A stretch of DNA of 63,800 nt, the filler included, from Choristocarpus tenellus KU-1152 (taxonomy: Eukaryota; Protista; Phaeophyceae), in NCBI GenBank assembly GCA_964200185.2. It is 11 parts of 11 records of this genome, joined end to end, with 100 filler letters (N's around TTAATTAATTAA, not from the genome) between each part and the next. Parts side by side here need not be neighbours in the genome. Positions count along the whole stretch, not along the records: positions 57,933 to 63,800 come from CAXNAD020009555.1; 10 more parts are not named here. One strand, given 5' to 3'. Positions 63,687-63,800 of the stretch are shown one piece after another (positions within the stretch are counted from its first letter, which is position 1; each line of letters opens with the position of its first letter). The translations under genes and the position numbers were made by a program. The notes beneath the pieces are model-generated. The model saw only the letters and a program-made list of their open reading frames with translations. It did not search any database and had not been told where the DNA came from.

Positions 63687-63800
63687 CCTATGTGCATCAA
63701 CATTGGACATGACTCAGATGGCAATGTAGAGAGGTTTTCGCAAGGAGGATGGGCAATTGCAGGCTGAAAGAATCTGGGAGGGGGGGGGGTCTACAACAGA

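Overview
Eukaryotic, intron-rich, TE-rich DNA. A brown-alga-like stramenopile is inferred from gene style, TTAGGG repeats and a TM-RGS receptor, but this is not proven. The window is not one locus: eleven contigs (complete ones >=3 kb) are joined by ten artificial 100-nt N spacers carrying TTAATTAATTAA, so adjacency across spacers is meaningless. Manual GT/GC-AG splicing recovers partial host genes: HisC (2 exons), eukaryotic-type HisA/His6 (5 exons over 12 kb of TE-filled introns), prolyl oligopeptidase (2 exons), a multi-TM RGS receptor (9 exons), a lamin-tail-domain last exon, an LRR-like exon and a Ser/Gly-rich gene. Mobile DNA includes a decayed Copia, a decayed Ty3/Gypsy pol, three mariner copies and about 20 copies or ends of four MITE families that share G(A/G)NYCAAA-type termini and 3-4 bp TSDs. 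The most unusual signals are short telomeric (TTAGGG)n arrays that appear to have been inserted into TE copies and duplication junctions, CpG-to-TpG decay between TE paralogues, two GC-AG introns and a local foldback cluster of one ~300-bp repeat. No prokaryote-type system (CRISPR, operon) is present.
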